Below, in pieces: positions 20,115 to 32,140 of a stretch of 64,000 nucleotides of DNA. The notes under the pieces were generated by a model, which saw only the letters and a list, made by a program, of their open reading frames with translations, was not told the DNA's origin and ran no database searches. The DNA comes from Dehalococcoidia bacterium (GTDB lineage: Bacteria > Chloroflexota > Dehalococcoidia > SHYD01), in contig CBDDEI010000002.1 of assembly GCA_965226775.1 (NCBI GenBank), positions 2,278,930 to 2,342,929 on the forward strand, read 5' to 3'. A program made the position numbers and the translations under genes. Positions within the stretch are counted from its first letter, which is position 1, and each line of letters opens with the position of its first letter.

Positions 20115-23100
20115 ATGACCAGGATGCTCAGTCCGGCCAGACTGCTGCCGGCGGCGGGATGTGCCCTGCTCTGCCTAGTGCTGGCCCTGAGCTACGCCAG
20201 CGCGCAGACTCCTCCTGCCGCGCCTACCACCGACTCTGTAACTTCTGGCGATACCTCACTTACCGTGGCCTGGACCGCTCCCGCCGGCGAGACCGGCATC
20301 ACGGCCTACGACGTGCGTCACATCGAGACCAGCGCGGATGAGACGATGGACTCCAACTGGATCATCAAGGACAACGCCTGGACATCCAGCGCGCTGCAAT
20401 ATACCATCACCGGCTTGACCAACGGCACGGAGTACGACGTGCAGGTACGCGCGGTAAACTCTCACGGAGACGGGACCTGGTCAGACATCAAGACCGGTAC
20501 GCCGGCACTCCCTGCTCCCATTATAGATTCCGTGCGTGCCGATGACCGAGCCGTGCTGGTTTCCTGGAGCGCACCCACCGGCATCACCACCGGAGTCTCG
20601 GCTTACGACGTGCGCTACATCGAGACCAGCGCTGATAAGACGATGGACTCCAACTGGACTGTGGAGGAGGACGCCTGGGAAGAGGGCGACGGCAGCCTGG
20701 CCTACGCCGTCACCGGCCTGACCAACGGCACGGAGTACGACGTGCAGGTGCGCGCGGTGGACGAAAAAGATGTCGACGGCGCCTGGTCGGCCACAACCAG
20801 CGCAACTCCCGCGGACCACGGCAACACCCAGGCAGCAGCCACTACCGTCTCTCCTGGCGCCAGAGTGTGGGGAGCCATTGACCCCGCCGACGATGAAGAC
20901 TACTTCAGCTTTAGTGTGTCAAGGACAGCCGATTACTGGATATATACTTTAGGCGACCTGGATACCGTGGGTGAGCTGCTGGACGGTGACGGCATGTCCA
21001 TCGACATCAGCGATAGAGGCTCCGTGCTGCCCAACCCGGACAACTTCTTCCTGTGGCAAAGACTCCAGTCCGGGACGTACTACATCAAGGTAACCGGCTA
21101 CGGATCTACTGACGAACCATATGTCCTTAGGATCAGGGAGTTTAGGGACACAACTTCAAGGAGCAACGCGGCCACTCTGAATCTCAACGGCTCCGCAAGC
21201 GCCACCATAGACCCGGAAGACGACGAAGACTACTTCAAGCTGGAGCTTTCCGAGACAACGGAAGTTGCCATTCGCGCCTCCGGGTACCCAGACACCGTTG
21301 GTGAGCTGCAAAGGAGCAACGGCACGGTAATTGCCTCCAACGATGACGGCTTTCTCTCTGGCGGCTGGACGAACTTTCTCATCCGGGAGAGCCTAAACGC
21401 CGGGGTGTACTACGTCAAGGTCAGCTCTTTCGCAAGTAGTTCCGATGGTCCATACACAGTATATGCTACGGCTATAACCGAGCCGGGCAGCGCCATCGCC
21501 GACGCTCAGCCGCTGACCCTCGGCGGTACCGCAGGCGGAATCATAGACCCGGCCGGCGACGAGGATTACTTCAGCCTGACCCTCGAAGAGACAACGTACG
21601 TGATAATCGGTGGAGCGGGCGAAGTCGTTAATATCAGCGGCGATCTGACCGATGAAAACGACCTCGCTGCCCCGGTAGACTCAGTTCACTTTAACCACTT
21701 ATTCTTCTTCCAGGGCAGATTGGACGCGGGCACATACTACTTGAAGGTGACGGGCAAGGACGCCACGGAAACAGGGCGTTACACCGTCAGGGCTATTGTG
21801 GAGAGCAGCTACACTTATTTTGTAAACCGCTGCTCCAACATCCCAACCAGCAGCAGCATCAACGACCCGCTCTACGGATGCCAGTGGCACCTGAAGAACA
21901 ATGACCAGTTCCGCAACAGTGGTGGGCATGACATACGCGTCGAGGAGGTATGGCCCACCTACACAGGCTCCGGCATCAACGTGGCAGTGGTGGACGATGG
22001 AATGCACTACTGGCACGAGGACCTGACCGGCAATGTCCTCACCTCCTTCAATCACAACTATGACCCCGACCTGACCGACATCTACCATCCATTCGAGGAC
22101 CACGGCACCGCGGTGGCCGGGCTCATCGCGGCGAAGGACAACAGCCTTGGCATGCGCGGCGTAGCCCCCGAGGCCAAGATATACGGTTACAATTATCTGG
22201 TGGTAGATACCGTGGCCAACGCGGCGGACGCAATGTCTCGCAACGCGGCGACCACGGCCATTTCCAACAACAGCTGGGGGCCTGGGGATTACGGTCGCCC
22301 GGAACCTGCCCCTGAGCTGTGGGAGACTGCGGTCAAGCATGGCGTCACCACCGGATACGACGGGAAAGGCGTCTTCTACGCGTGGGCTGCCGGCAACGGA
22401 GGAGACCGCGACGACTACTCCACTCTGGACGAGTTAGCGAACTTCTATGCCGTGACGGCAGTCTGCGCTGTCGGGCACGACGACATTAGAAGCGACTACT
22501 CGGAAGCAGGCGCAAACCTGTGGGTGTGCGGGCCGTCCAGCAGCGGGAGGGATGGCCAGCCCCGAATAGCCACCACCGATAACGGACACCGGTATAGGGG
22601 CAGTTTTGGCGGCACCAGCGCCGCCACTCCCATCGTATCCGGCGTCGTCGCGCTGGTGCGCGAGGCCAACAGCGCGTTGACGTGGCGGGACGTCAAGCTC
22701 ATCCTGGCGGCCTCCGCCCGCAAGAACGACCCAGATAACACCGGCTGGGTGGAAGGCGCTTTCAAGTACGGGTCGAGCACGGACCGCTACAACTTCAACC
22801 ACGAGTACGGCTTCGGCATGGTGGACGCCAAGGCGGCCACGGACCTGGCTCCGGGCTGGACCAACGTACGCGACTTGAGGGAAATCACCTCCGAATCCGG
22901 CGTCATCAACCTGCCAATCCCCGACTTCCCGTCATCCGGTACGCCTACCACCGTAACCACCAACCTGACCATCGACCCGTTTGTGGAGTTCGTCGAGTTT
23001 GTGGAGGTCAACGCCCACTTCTTCCACGCTAACTTCCGGGACCTGACCGTTGAGCTGGTCTCGCCCTCAGGGACCGTTTCAACGCTGTCCACTACCGCCC

Positions 23101-26100
23101 TTAGATTCGGGTCGTTGACCTACAAGTTCCGCTTTGGTTCGGCCCGACATCTGGGCGAGGACGCGGCCGGCGAGTGGACGTTGCGGATTAAAGACCTGGA
23201 AAGAGTTGATACAGGAGCTCTCAGGTCGTGGGGTCTCACCATCTACGGTCATGGCTTCGTTCCCGGCGAGCCTGAAATCGACGTTGTGACTCCGGGTGGA
23301 GGCACACTCGAAATTGACTGGAAAGCGCCGACCGACACAGGGGAGACTGCCATCACCTCCTACGACCTGCGCTATATCCGAGATGACGTCACCGACAGGA
23401 GCGATGACAACTGGTCTGTGGTGACGGGCGTGGGGACGCCGAGCAACCGGAGCTACACCATCACCGGACTGAGCGGCGGAGTTAAGTACGATTTCCAACT
23501 CCGTGCCCACAACGATTCCGGACACGGCCCCTGGTCCCTAGGGGAAGCTGACGAGCCCACCACGGTCAAGCCGGCCGCACCGGCCATTACCGACGTCACT
23601 CGCAGCGATAGGACACTGGCGGTCGTCTGGACGGCCCCCGCTGACACGGGTGGCGGGGTCACAGCCTACGACGTGCAGTACATCGAGACCAGCGAAGACG
23701 AGACGATGGAAGCCAACTGGACGGTACGGGACAACGCCTGGAGAAGCGGTGACCTTAGATATATCATCTCCAATCTCACAAACGCGACGGAGTACGACGT
23801 ACAGGTGCGGGCCGTCAACTCCGCAGGGGATGGAGCATGGTCTGGCACAGAGACCGGCACGCCGCTGCCGGATGACATACCCATAACGTTGCAGTGGGAA
23901 GAGACCTCTATTGAAGTGGCCGAGAACGCCGGGAGCATAGTCCTGAGGGCAGTAGTCACAACCACACTGGACGCGCCGCCGGAGGCTGACTTCACCTTCG
24001 ATGTGACACTGACCACCACCGATACCGGCACGACCCAAGGCGACGACTACACGGCTCCGCCTTCGTCCGCAACCTTTGTCGCGAGCGACTTCAGCCAGAC
24101 CGACGTGAACGGCCAGCAGCGCTACCGCGCCACCAGGGATTTCACCGTGGCTATCATAGACGACACCGCGGATGAATCGAATGAATCATTCAGGGTAAGG
24201 CTGGCCTACCTGACTCCCGGCCTCACGCATCTCCAGGGAGGCCCCTCTACCGCAGTCGTCACAATCCAGGACAACGAACACGTTCCAGTTACTATCAGCT
24301 GGGAACAGCCGGATCTAACGGTCAGTGAGAACACCGGAAACGCCACCCTGCGCGCTTACGCCATCACCACGGTGGACAAGCGGCCTGAAGACGGGTTCGC
24401 CTTCGACGCCTCCATCTATACGTCTGACGGCAGCGCGACCCAGCCCGGCGACTATACGCGGGTGGACGATACCGTCACTTTCAGCCGGACCGACTTCAGC
24501 CGGGTAACCATCAACGGCGAACGACGCTATCGCGCCGCAAAGCAAGTGCCTGTGCCCATTCAGGATGACACATCCGACGAAGACGAGGAGGACTTCACGG
24601 CAACCATTGAGTACGCGAATCCCGGCCCGCTTCACCTGCAGGGCGGACCAGCCGTGATGACTGTAAAGATCACCGACAACGACTTCGTACCCGTCACCAT
24701 CAGCTGGGAACAGCCGTTGGTGAGCGTCGACGAGGATGCGACAACGGTCACCCTGCAGGCCAGGGCTACCACCACGTCGGACAAAATGCCGGAGAGCGGT
24801 TTCACCGTCGCGCTGTCCGCGGCGACGGCCGGCGACACCGCCACCCGAGGCTCGGACTATCGGAGGCTGACCAGCAACTTCCGCTTCAGCCAGGGCGACT
24901 TCACGCGCGTAGAGGTGGGGGGCCAATTCCGCTTCCAGGCAACCAAGGACATCAGCGTCTCCATCATCAATGACACCGCCGACGAGCCGGACGAGGACTT
25001 CACGGTAACCCTGAGCTACTCCAACCCAAGCCTCCCTCATCTACAGGGAGGTCCCGCCACTACGACGGTGACCATTACTGATAACGACCACGTGCCCGTG
25101 GTCCTGAGTTGGGAGCAGGCGGCGGTGACGGCCGAAGAAGCCACGAGTCCTGGGAGCACGCGCCCCGTCTCCCTGCGCGCCGTCGCCGTCACCACCAAGG
25201 ACAAGATGCCGGAGAGCGGCTTCACCTTCGACGTAACCGTAGCCACCGCAGATGACAGCGCAACCCAACCCGCCGACTACCTGCGGTTGTCCGACACGGC
25301 GACCTTCAACCGGAGTGATTTCAGCCTGGCGACCGTCAGCGGCCAGCGGCGTTACCGCGCGGTGAAGACCTTCACGGTATCCGTCACTCACGACACCCTC
25401 CAGGAACCCAACGAGACCTTCACTGTGACCCTGGCCTACGCCGACTCCAGTCTGCCTCACCTGCTAGGGGGAAGGGACACGGCGACGGCGACGGTGACCA
25501 TCACCGACGACATATCATCTACTGTGGACTTGAGTACAACGGTATCCGGCTCGCCCTTCCGTGTCTCCCGAGGCGAGGAGTTGACCTACGACTACACAGT
25601 CAGTAACTCCGGCCCGGCTGCATCGACAAACACGGTTGTGACGAGCACGCTCGACCGCGGCGTGAGCTTCGTGTCGGCTACTCCCGCTGACAAGTGCGCC
25701 CACTCGGGAGGAGCGACCGGCGGCGTGGTCACCTGTAGGTTCGATGCCCTGAATTCGGGCGCAAGCGAGGCAGGCGAGATCGTGGTGCAGGTCGGGCCAG
25801 CGGCATCCGCGGACATCGCCATAACCTCCGTAGCCACTGGCAACGAGCTGGACCGCAGTCCGGGGGACAACACGGCCACCGCGTTCACCGAACTCCTTGC
25901 CCCGCCCGAGCAGGTGACGAATCTGTCACCTGCTCGGAGCGGCGTCGATTTCATCGAACTATCGTGGGCCACGCCCGCAGACAATGGCAGCCCCATCACC
26001 CGTTACGAGCTGGAACGCAAGGAGGCCGGCGAGAGCTATGTCCCCATCAATCCCGGACCTAGCGCCGCGGCTACAACGTACCTGGACAGCCAGGTGCCGG

Positions 26101-27432
26101 CTGGAACGACCTACACCTACCAGTTGCGCGCCGTCAACGCCGACGGCGACGCCGAATGGTCCAACGAGGCGACCGCAACCGCTAGGGAAACCCGGCCTCC
26201 ACCTACTCCTGGGCCGCGCGGCGGCGGGGGAGGAGGTGGGGGTCGCTCTGCCCAAACGCCAACACCAACGCCTACACCGAGCCCAACGCCTACGGCGACA
26301 CCAACGCCTACCGGACCGCAGTTCTCCGGCCAGATTGCCGCGGAGCCCAGCGTGACTGCAACGGTGGTTCCTGAGGGCACCACCCTCGGCCTTAACGGCG
26401 GTGGAGACCTGCCAGGCGGCGTCTACGTGAACTTCCCGCCCACCGCAGTGGCCTTGCCGGTGCACGTGAGCGTCTCGGTGAGCAACGAAGCACCGAGCGA
26501 CGTGACTGCGCCAAGCGGCACTACCCTGCTGCCCTTAACCATCAACATCACCCCGGAAACGCCCCTCACCCTGGGCGAGCCGCTGACCATTGAGATAAAC
26601 CCCACGCCGGAACAGCTGGAGGCCGCAGGCGGTGACCTGAACAACCTCTCCGTGGGCGTGGTGACCCCCAACGGCATTGTGGTGCTGCCCGCGCAGGTGA
26701 TGCACGGCAGGCTGGTGGTGACCATCGACCACCTCTCCACCTTCGTCCTGTTGCCATCACCGACCCCGGCCCGTTCTGACGCAGCCGCCGATGGGCGATG
26801 CCTCGTCCATGGGGCCGCTGCTGCAGTGGACCCAACCGCCGCGCACTACCTGGTTCCAGGTGCAGGTGATCCCCTTCAATGAGGACGGCCCCGGCATCAA
26901 CCTGGTTATCGGCGACGGCGCGCAAGTGCGCCGCGCAGTACCAGGTCCTGGGCCCCAACTTCGGCAGCGCTGACCCCAATTACGTGATGCTGCCCGATAT
27001 GACCTACCTCTGGCGGGTGCGCACTACCACGGTGCTGACGAACCCCACGGAGGCAGACTGGAGCGCGTGGGCAGTGAGCAGCTTCAAGACGCCGCCGGCC
27101 AGCAGCAGCACCATCACCCCGGTGGCGCCGCCGGCCTTTGGGAGGTGAGCACGCTCACCCCAACGTTGACCTGGGCGAACTCCAACACCGCCGTGTTCTA
27201 CTACGAGGTGCAGGTAAGCAAGGACTACGCGTTCGGGCCAAACGCCTTCCTATATAGTGAGTACGTGCATGGCGGAGCCAGCACCCCGCCCAACAGCTAC
27301 GTGGTGCCGGAAGCCTTCCCGCTAGAGGCAGGCGAGATCTACTACTGGCGGGTGCGGCCGCGGATTCAGGGCGACGGCGACCCGCTGCCGTGGAGCGCCA
27401 CCTACGTGTTCCTAGCGCCGCCGGGCCAGTAG
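20115..27432 (+). CDS. Giant secreted kexin-like S8 protease A: signal peptide, 2 FN3, 3 PPC-like, S8, P-domain, 2 FN3, 4 Calx-beta-like, DUF11, FN3, shared cassette; small indels at 26750-27145
   Basis: Catalytic D (VVDDG, 21993), H (DHGTAVAG, 22101), oxyanion N (AAGNG, 22395), S (GTSAATP, 22617); HEYGFGMVDA; P-domain FVEVN..DLTVELVSPSG..GEWTLRI..WGLTIYG; TEYDVQVRAV FN3 repeats; VTITDND Calx-beta ends. Confidence 0.9.
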
Positions 27433-27527
27433 GCCAGAAGACGAGCGCTGAGTAAGGAGGGGGTCATCAGACCCCCTCCTTTCCTTGGTAGCGTTTTTGA
27501 TGGGCAGATAAAGTAAGGTGAACTGCT
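26256..27527 (+). repeat. Shared C-terminal cassette plus terminator, copy 2 of 3
   Basis: Direct match to copies 1 and 3; contains IDHLSTFVLL at 26724-26753. Confidence 0.95.
27454..27490 (+). terminator. Hairpin/terminator after cassette copy 2
   Basis: AAGGAGGGGGTC-ATCA-GACCCCCTCCTT. Confidence 0.7.
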
Positions 27528-27730
27528 CATTAGCGGGCGGGGAGGCTTGTCCAAATACATTATCTCCTCAGTTGTCTTCTGAATAGTGCGCCGCGCCCAG
27601 GCCGCAGCCAATGTGCGCGAGTGGTTCCGCGATAGAGCCCACGCCGTGCACGTCGCAGCGGGACCTGCTGGTAGTTGGCGATGCTGGAAGTAAGCTGCTA
27701 ATGTGTCTAGCAATCTCGAGGGGGTGAGCT

Positions 27731-29671
27731 GTGGGACGTCGGAGCGAAGTATCCAACTCTACCTGGGCATCTGTGGCGGCGCTGCTGCTGGGCGCGCTGA
27801 CGGTGATGTTTGGCCTCCAGCTTATGCGGATGCTCTTCGTGGGGATGGCAGTCTACCTGACTCAGGTCCAGGACATCAGCTCGATTTTGGTGGGCGTCAT
27901 GGGTCTGGCCGTGTTCCTGTGCGGATTGCTGGAGCCCCTCGTGCGCCGAGTTCTCGGGTTCCGGAATGCCTTACCAATAGTCGTGGGCAGTCTGTCGCTG
28001 GTTTGGCTGGCCGAAAAGCTCGTCTTATCTCTTCCCGTGGACCTCGGCCTCTCCATCGCCGGTACGGTGCTGTTCCTGTGGTCCTTGCCGCTCCTGTTTC
28101 GGTCGCTCCGAACGCCGGGAGGCCACGGCAGCGCCGCTCATGCCGTGATCGCCTTCATGGTGGGCATTTCTGCCGATACCGCGGTCAAGGGCATCTTCGG
28201 CACCATCGACCTCTCGTGGGTGCAAGGAGTTGCGGGATACAGCGTCGTTTTTGGTTTGGTTGCCGCCCAAGGGTTCCTTCTGTGGCAATTCGCATCGCAT
28301 AGGAGCCAAGAGCAGGAACAAGGGCCCGCTGCCTCAGCCATGTCCTATTTGGCCTTCGGTCCGGCGCTGGCATTGCAGTTCCTACTGTTCCAGAACGTTG
28401 CCCAACAGACCGTGCTCATCGGCTGGCCGCAACCCGCGGTGTACGCCTGGATTCTTACAGCCAACCTCATTGGGGTTGCGATCGCTGTGGAGCTGACGAG
28501 ATGGGGCAGACACCCATCCTGGCCAGTACTGGCGCTGATCGGAGGGCTGCTGATCGCGATGGTAGCAGTCGATCAGTCTGGCTTGGCAGCGGCCCTAGTA
28601 GTGCTAGCCGGCCAGGTGGTCATTGCCGTCTCCCTGGTGTCCGTCGTCAAGGCGGCACGAGAACCCATCGTCGAACATTCGAACCGCGGTATTTCTATTT
28701 GGATGGGCGTTGGCATGGTAGTTATGCTGATGTTGCTCTTCATCTATTACGCAAGCTACGATACCAACGTCTTGGTGCCAAAGGAGGCCGTGCGTCCCCT
28801 AGCCGCACTGTTGATTGGTCTGGCGGCGCTTTGGGCCAGTTTAGCGAGCCACACTGTTGGAGCGCCGGTAACCAGGGCGGCCAGCATCCCTGCACTGCTC
28901 CTGCTGTTACTCCCATTGGTCTCTCTGGCGATGTGGAAGGACGTGCAGCCGGCTCCGGGCGCAGGATTCCCTGTTAAGGTTATGTCCTACAACCTCCACC
29001 AGGGATTCGACGTCTATGGAAGCCACGGAATGGAGAACCTGGCCAGGGTCATAGAGGCCGAAGACCCGGACATCATCGCGTTGCAAGAGGTATCAAGAGG
29101 CTGGGTCGTCAACGGTTCTGTCGATATGCTGGTATGGCTCTCACAGCGTCTCGAAATGAACTACGCGTGGGGTCCGGCAGCAGATTCGGTGTGGGGCAAC
29201 GCAGTCCTCAGCAAACGCCCGATTACCGGGTTCCAGAACCATGAGATGCCCAACAACGGCGTACTTCGCCTCGACCGGGCGTTCCTGGTAGCGGAGGTCG
29301 ACGTGGGTGGCGGAGAGGCGCTTGAGGTAGTAGCTACTCACTTCCACAACGACGAGGACGACTCAGCGATCAGGGTGCCGCAGGCGCGGGCGGTACTGGA
29401 GGCTACCGGCAGCGACCGGGCTACCGTCTTGATTGGAGACTTCAACGCCCACCCCGATCACCCGGAGATGCTGCTGATTGCCGGCGCCGGCCTCAACGAT
29501 ACCTTCGTCGCTTCTGGAGCAACGGGGGACGGCTTTACCTTTCCCACCGACGCTCCCTGGCGCCGCATTGATTACATTTGGGCCAGCCCCAACTTGAAGG
29601 CGCGAGACTTTTCTATCCCCAACAGCCTAGCCTCGGATCACTTCGCCGTGGCGGTAACGCTCTACCGGTAA
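27731..29671 (+). CDS. Multi-TM protein with C-terminal endonuclease/exonuclease/phosphatase domain (CWH43/PGAP2IP-like architecture)
   Basis: About 400 aa of consecutive hydrophobic helices, then MSYNLHQGF, LQEV, GDFNAHP, IDYIW and SDHFAV EEP motifs. Confidence 0.85.
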   Translation: MGRRSEVSNSTWASVAALLLGALTVMFGLQLMRMLFVGMAVYLTQVQDISSILVGVMGLAVFLCGLLEPLVRRVLGFRNALPIVVGSLSLVWLAEKLVLSLPVDLGLSIAGTVLFLWSLPLLFRSLRTPGGHGSAAHAVIAFMVGISADTAVKGIFGTIDLSWVQGVAGYSVVFGLVAAQGFLLWQFASHRSQEQEQGPAASAMSYLAFGPALALQFLLFQNVAQQTVLIGWPQPAVYAWILTANLIGVAIAVELTRWGRHPSWPVLALIGGLLIAMVAVDQSGLAAALVVLAGQVVIAVSLVSVVKAAREPIVEHSNRGISIWMGVGMVVMLMLLFIYYASYDTNVLVPKEAVRPLAALLIGLAALWASLASHTVGAPVTRAASIPALLLLLLPLVSLAMWKDVQPAPGAGFPVKVMSYNLHQGFDVYGSHGMENLARVIEAEDPDIIALQEVSRGWVVNGSVDMLVWLSQRLEMNYAWGPAADSVWGNAVLSKRPITGFQNHEMPNNGVLRLDRAFLVAEVDVGGGEALEVVATHFHNDEDDSAIRVPQARAVLEATGSDRATVLIGDFNAHPDHPEMLLIAGAGLNDTFVASGATGDGFTFPTDAPWRRIDYIWASPNLKARDFSIPNSLASDHFAVAVTLYR

Positions 29672-29855
29672 AGCTGCGCAATCTTGCGCCGGCTTGGCGC
29701 CGAGCAGACTTCGATGCTTTTCCCCAGCAGCCCGTAGTTTCTCTCGCAGTAGATCGGGATGTTAGGCGATTGATCTACTAAGGGGGTCGCCCCAAAATGC
29801 CCAAGTGCTGGGTAAAAGAGGTACTGGGCTCGACATACGAGGGGCTTTCTCTAAG

Positions 29856-29893
29856 CCACTGCCCCGCCTGTTAGAGCGGGGCAGTGGATTTGT
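29856..29893. terminator. Bidirectional terminator between convergent genes
   Basis: Perfect 12-bp stem CCACTGCCCCGC / GCGGGGCAGTGG with 8-nt loop. Confidence 0.75.
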
Positions 29894-29940
29894 TATCCAG
29901 TAGTCTGGATATGTTCTAGCCGATATTAGGGGAGAAGGAG

Positions 29941-30960
29941 CTACTCCGTCGGCCAGCCGTCGGCGACTTCGTTGGCGCTTAGGGCGGCATTGATGGAGCT
30001 AGCAGCATCGTCGGTAACCCAGTTCGACCAGACGTTGGGCTGGGTCTTGAGCCACCAAAGAGCGGCGTCATTCGCGCTCGCGTCCGGGTTGTCGTTTTGC
30101 CAGGCGGCGACTTCCTTATAGACGTCGATGTTGAAGCCCCACGCCTCAAGCATAGCTACGACTTCCGGAGCCCTCTCCGGTAGCTCTGGGTGCACCGCTA
30201 TGAAGATCGTTGCATCTTCGTAGGCGCATGCCTTGGTGCTCTCCCAACACTCATCGCTATAAGCGGGCTCTTTGAGCCGCACCAGGTCCAGGAGCAGGGC
30301 TGGGTCGTTCGTGCCCCACTGATAGCCAAGCCAAGGCTCACCCTTTTCAAAGGCGCCGTACAGATCGGCGTTGGCCGCTGCCGAGTCCCCAGGGTTGAGC
30401 ACATGAACGTAGTCGGTCAACCCGTAGCTCTCGATCTGCTTCGCGTTCACTTCTTCACATGCCCAGCCGATTACGCAAGACACCATGCGCGCCTTGCCGT
30501 CGGTCTCTGCAGTCGCAAAGAGCTTCGCATACTTCTCTTCCTTCAGGTCTTCAACGCTGTCCAGATCGGGATATTCCTTCTGCAGATAGGCAGGGATGGT
30601 GAAAGCCGACTGCCAGTCATTGCCCAGACTAGCGCCAAGGCGAACTACCTCCTTGGCGGCAAGGGCCTCCGCCCAAGCTTCGTCTTGGTTAGGCAGCCAG
30701 ATCTCCATAGTTACGTGGGTGTCGCCCTTGCGCAAGCCCTGGAAGAGGGGTAGCGTTGCGCCGAATACCACGTCCGTAGGGTAACCGTACCCCTTCTCTA
30801 CGATGTACTGAGCAACGCGATTCTGGACTTGGGCGCTTGCCCAGTTCAGGTCGCTGAAGACTATAGGCTCCTTCGGCCCGGCAAGCATGTCGCAGGCGGA
30901 GAGGGCCATGGCGGCCACCATCACTACTACAAGGAGTAGTAGTCTGATCCTAGATATCAA
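29941..30960 (-). CDS. proX: Glycine betaine/proline ABC transporter substrate-binding lipoprotein
   Basis: AGGAGG and TTG start; lipobox LSAC; EIWLPN, CVIGWAC, WLGYQWG; follows the permease. Confidence 0.85.
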   Translation of the reverse strand: MISRIRLLLLVVVMVAAMALSACDMLAGPKEPIVFSDLNWASAQVQNRVAQYIVEKGYGYPTDVVFGATLPLFQGLRKGDTHVTMEIWLPNQDEAWAEALAAKEVVRLGASLGNDWQSAFTIPAYLQKEYPDLDSVEDLKEEKYAKLFATAETDGKARMVSCVIGWACEEVNAKQIESYGLTDYVHVLNPGDSAAANADLYGAFEKGEPWLGYQWGTNDPALLLDLVRLKEPAYSDECWESTKACAYEDATIFIAVHPELPERAPEVVAMLEAWGFNIDVYKEVAAWQNDNPDASANDAALWWLKTQPNVWSNWVTDDAASSINAALSANEVADGWPTE

Positions 30961-31080
30961 TTGTGCACCTCCTGATTGTTTGTTGGCTGCAATGCCGGGT
31001 ACTCTCCCATTCCGACGATTCGCGCCTGGCACGATTGTGGCACAAATATTGCGAGACGTACAGTCAAGCGACGCCGGCGG

Positions 31081-32130
31081 TTAGCCCGCATTCGTTACTC
31101 TTCTTCCGCTCCTGGCCAAGGCCTGGGTCAAGCGGTCTATTATTATGGCGAGGAACACGATGGCAAGCCCCGCGATTGCCCCATTACCAGGCTGGTTCTT
31201 CTGCAGCGCCCGCAGTACGTTATCGCCCAGTCCACCCGCGGCCACCATGCTCGCAATGGTCACCATTGCCAGAGCCAGCATCGTAGTCTGGTTAATGCCG
31301 GCCATGATCGTGGGGAGAGCCATAGGTATCTGGACCTTGGACAGCACCTGCCAGTATGATGCCCCGAAGGACCGGGCGGCTTCAACGGTCTCGGCGGAAA
31401 CCTGGCGTAGCCCCAGGTTAGTCAGCCGTATCGTCGGCGCGACCGCGTAGATGATGGTGGCGAAGATGCCCGCCGGGTCCCCCAATCCAAAGAAGAGCAC
31501 ACCCGGCAGTAGGTAGACGAAACTGGGCATGGTCTGCATCGCGTCCAGGATGGGACGCAACACGTAGTCCGCCGTCTGGTTGCGAGCGGCCAAGACGCCC
31601 AGCGGAAGCCCGATCGACACTGCGACGACCACCGCCACTACCATGAGCGCTATGGTTTCTATCATGTTCTCCCAAAGGCCCATGAAGCCGATGAAGAGCA
31701 GGGCCAGGGCCGTGAAGATCAGCAGGCTCCATCGACCCGCCACAAAGGAAAGCAGCGCAAGGCCCACCACGACGGCCGGCCAGGGCAGCCACTTCAAGGC
31801 CCTTTCGATATAGACCAGCGCATAGGTGACTGCCGTACTCGGGCCATCGAATAGCCAGGAGGCCTCCTTGGTAATCCAGTCCACCGAGTCGTCGATGGTT
31901 CTGCTGGCGACGTCTCGAATCGATCTATCAAGGGTAACTGGGCCGGATGTGATGGTGGCTACGGTAGTCGGGAAACCCATCTCCGGGCCCCAGAGCAAGA
32001 TGCTCGCCACAAGGACGGCCACCACCACAATCAGCCCCGCTACCAAGCGGTAGATGGGCGAGCCAACTCCGGACGTGACCTGCTGTGCCCAGGTCTCGAT
32101 ACTGGATTGCGTATTCTGGGTTTCGGCCAT
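31081..32130 (-). CDS. proW: Glycine betaine/proline ABC transporter permease
   Basis: RPILDAMQTMPSFVYL, IRLTNLGLRQV, EAARSFGA, GINQTTMLALAMV. Confidence 0.9.
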   Translation of the reverse strand: MAETQNTQSSIETWAQQVTSGVGSPIYRLVAGLIVVVAVLVASILLWGPEMGFPTTVATITSGPVTLDRSIRDVASRTIDDSVDWITKEASWLFDGPSTAVTYALVYIERALKWLPWPAVVVGLALLSFVAGRWSLLIFTALALLFIGFMGLWENMIETIALMVVAVVVAVSIGLPLGVLAARNQTADYVLRPILDAMQTMPSFVYLLPGVLFFGLGDPAGIFATIIYAVAPTIRLTNLGLRQVSAETVEAARSFGASYWQVLSKVQIPMALPTIMAGINQTTMLALAMVTIASMVAAGGLGDNVLRALQKNQPGNGAIAGLAIVFLAIIIDRLTQALARSGRRVTNAG

Positions 32131-32140
32131 GCCAGACCTC

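Noticed and set aside
6800-27145. Programmed frameshifting or phase variation at the frame breaks
   Set aside because: No consistent slippery heptamers or long simple repeats; the same positions are intact in paralogous copies, which fits sequencing error or random decay better.
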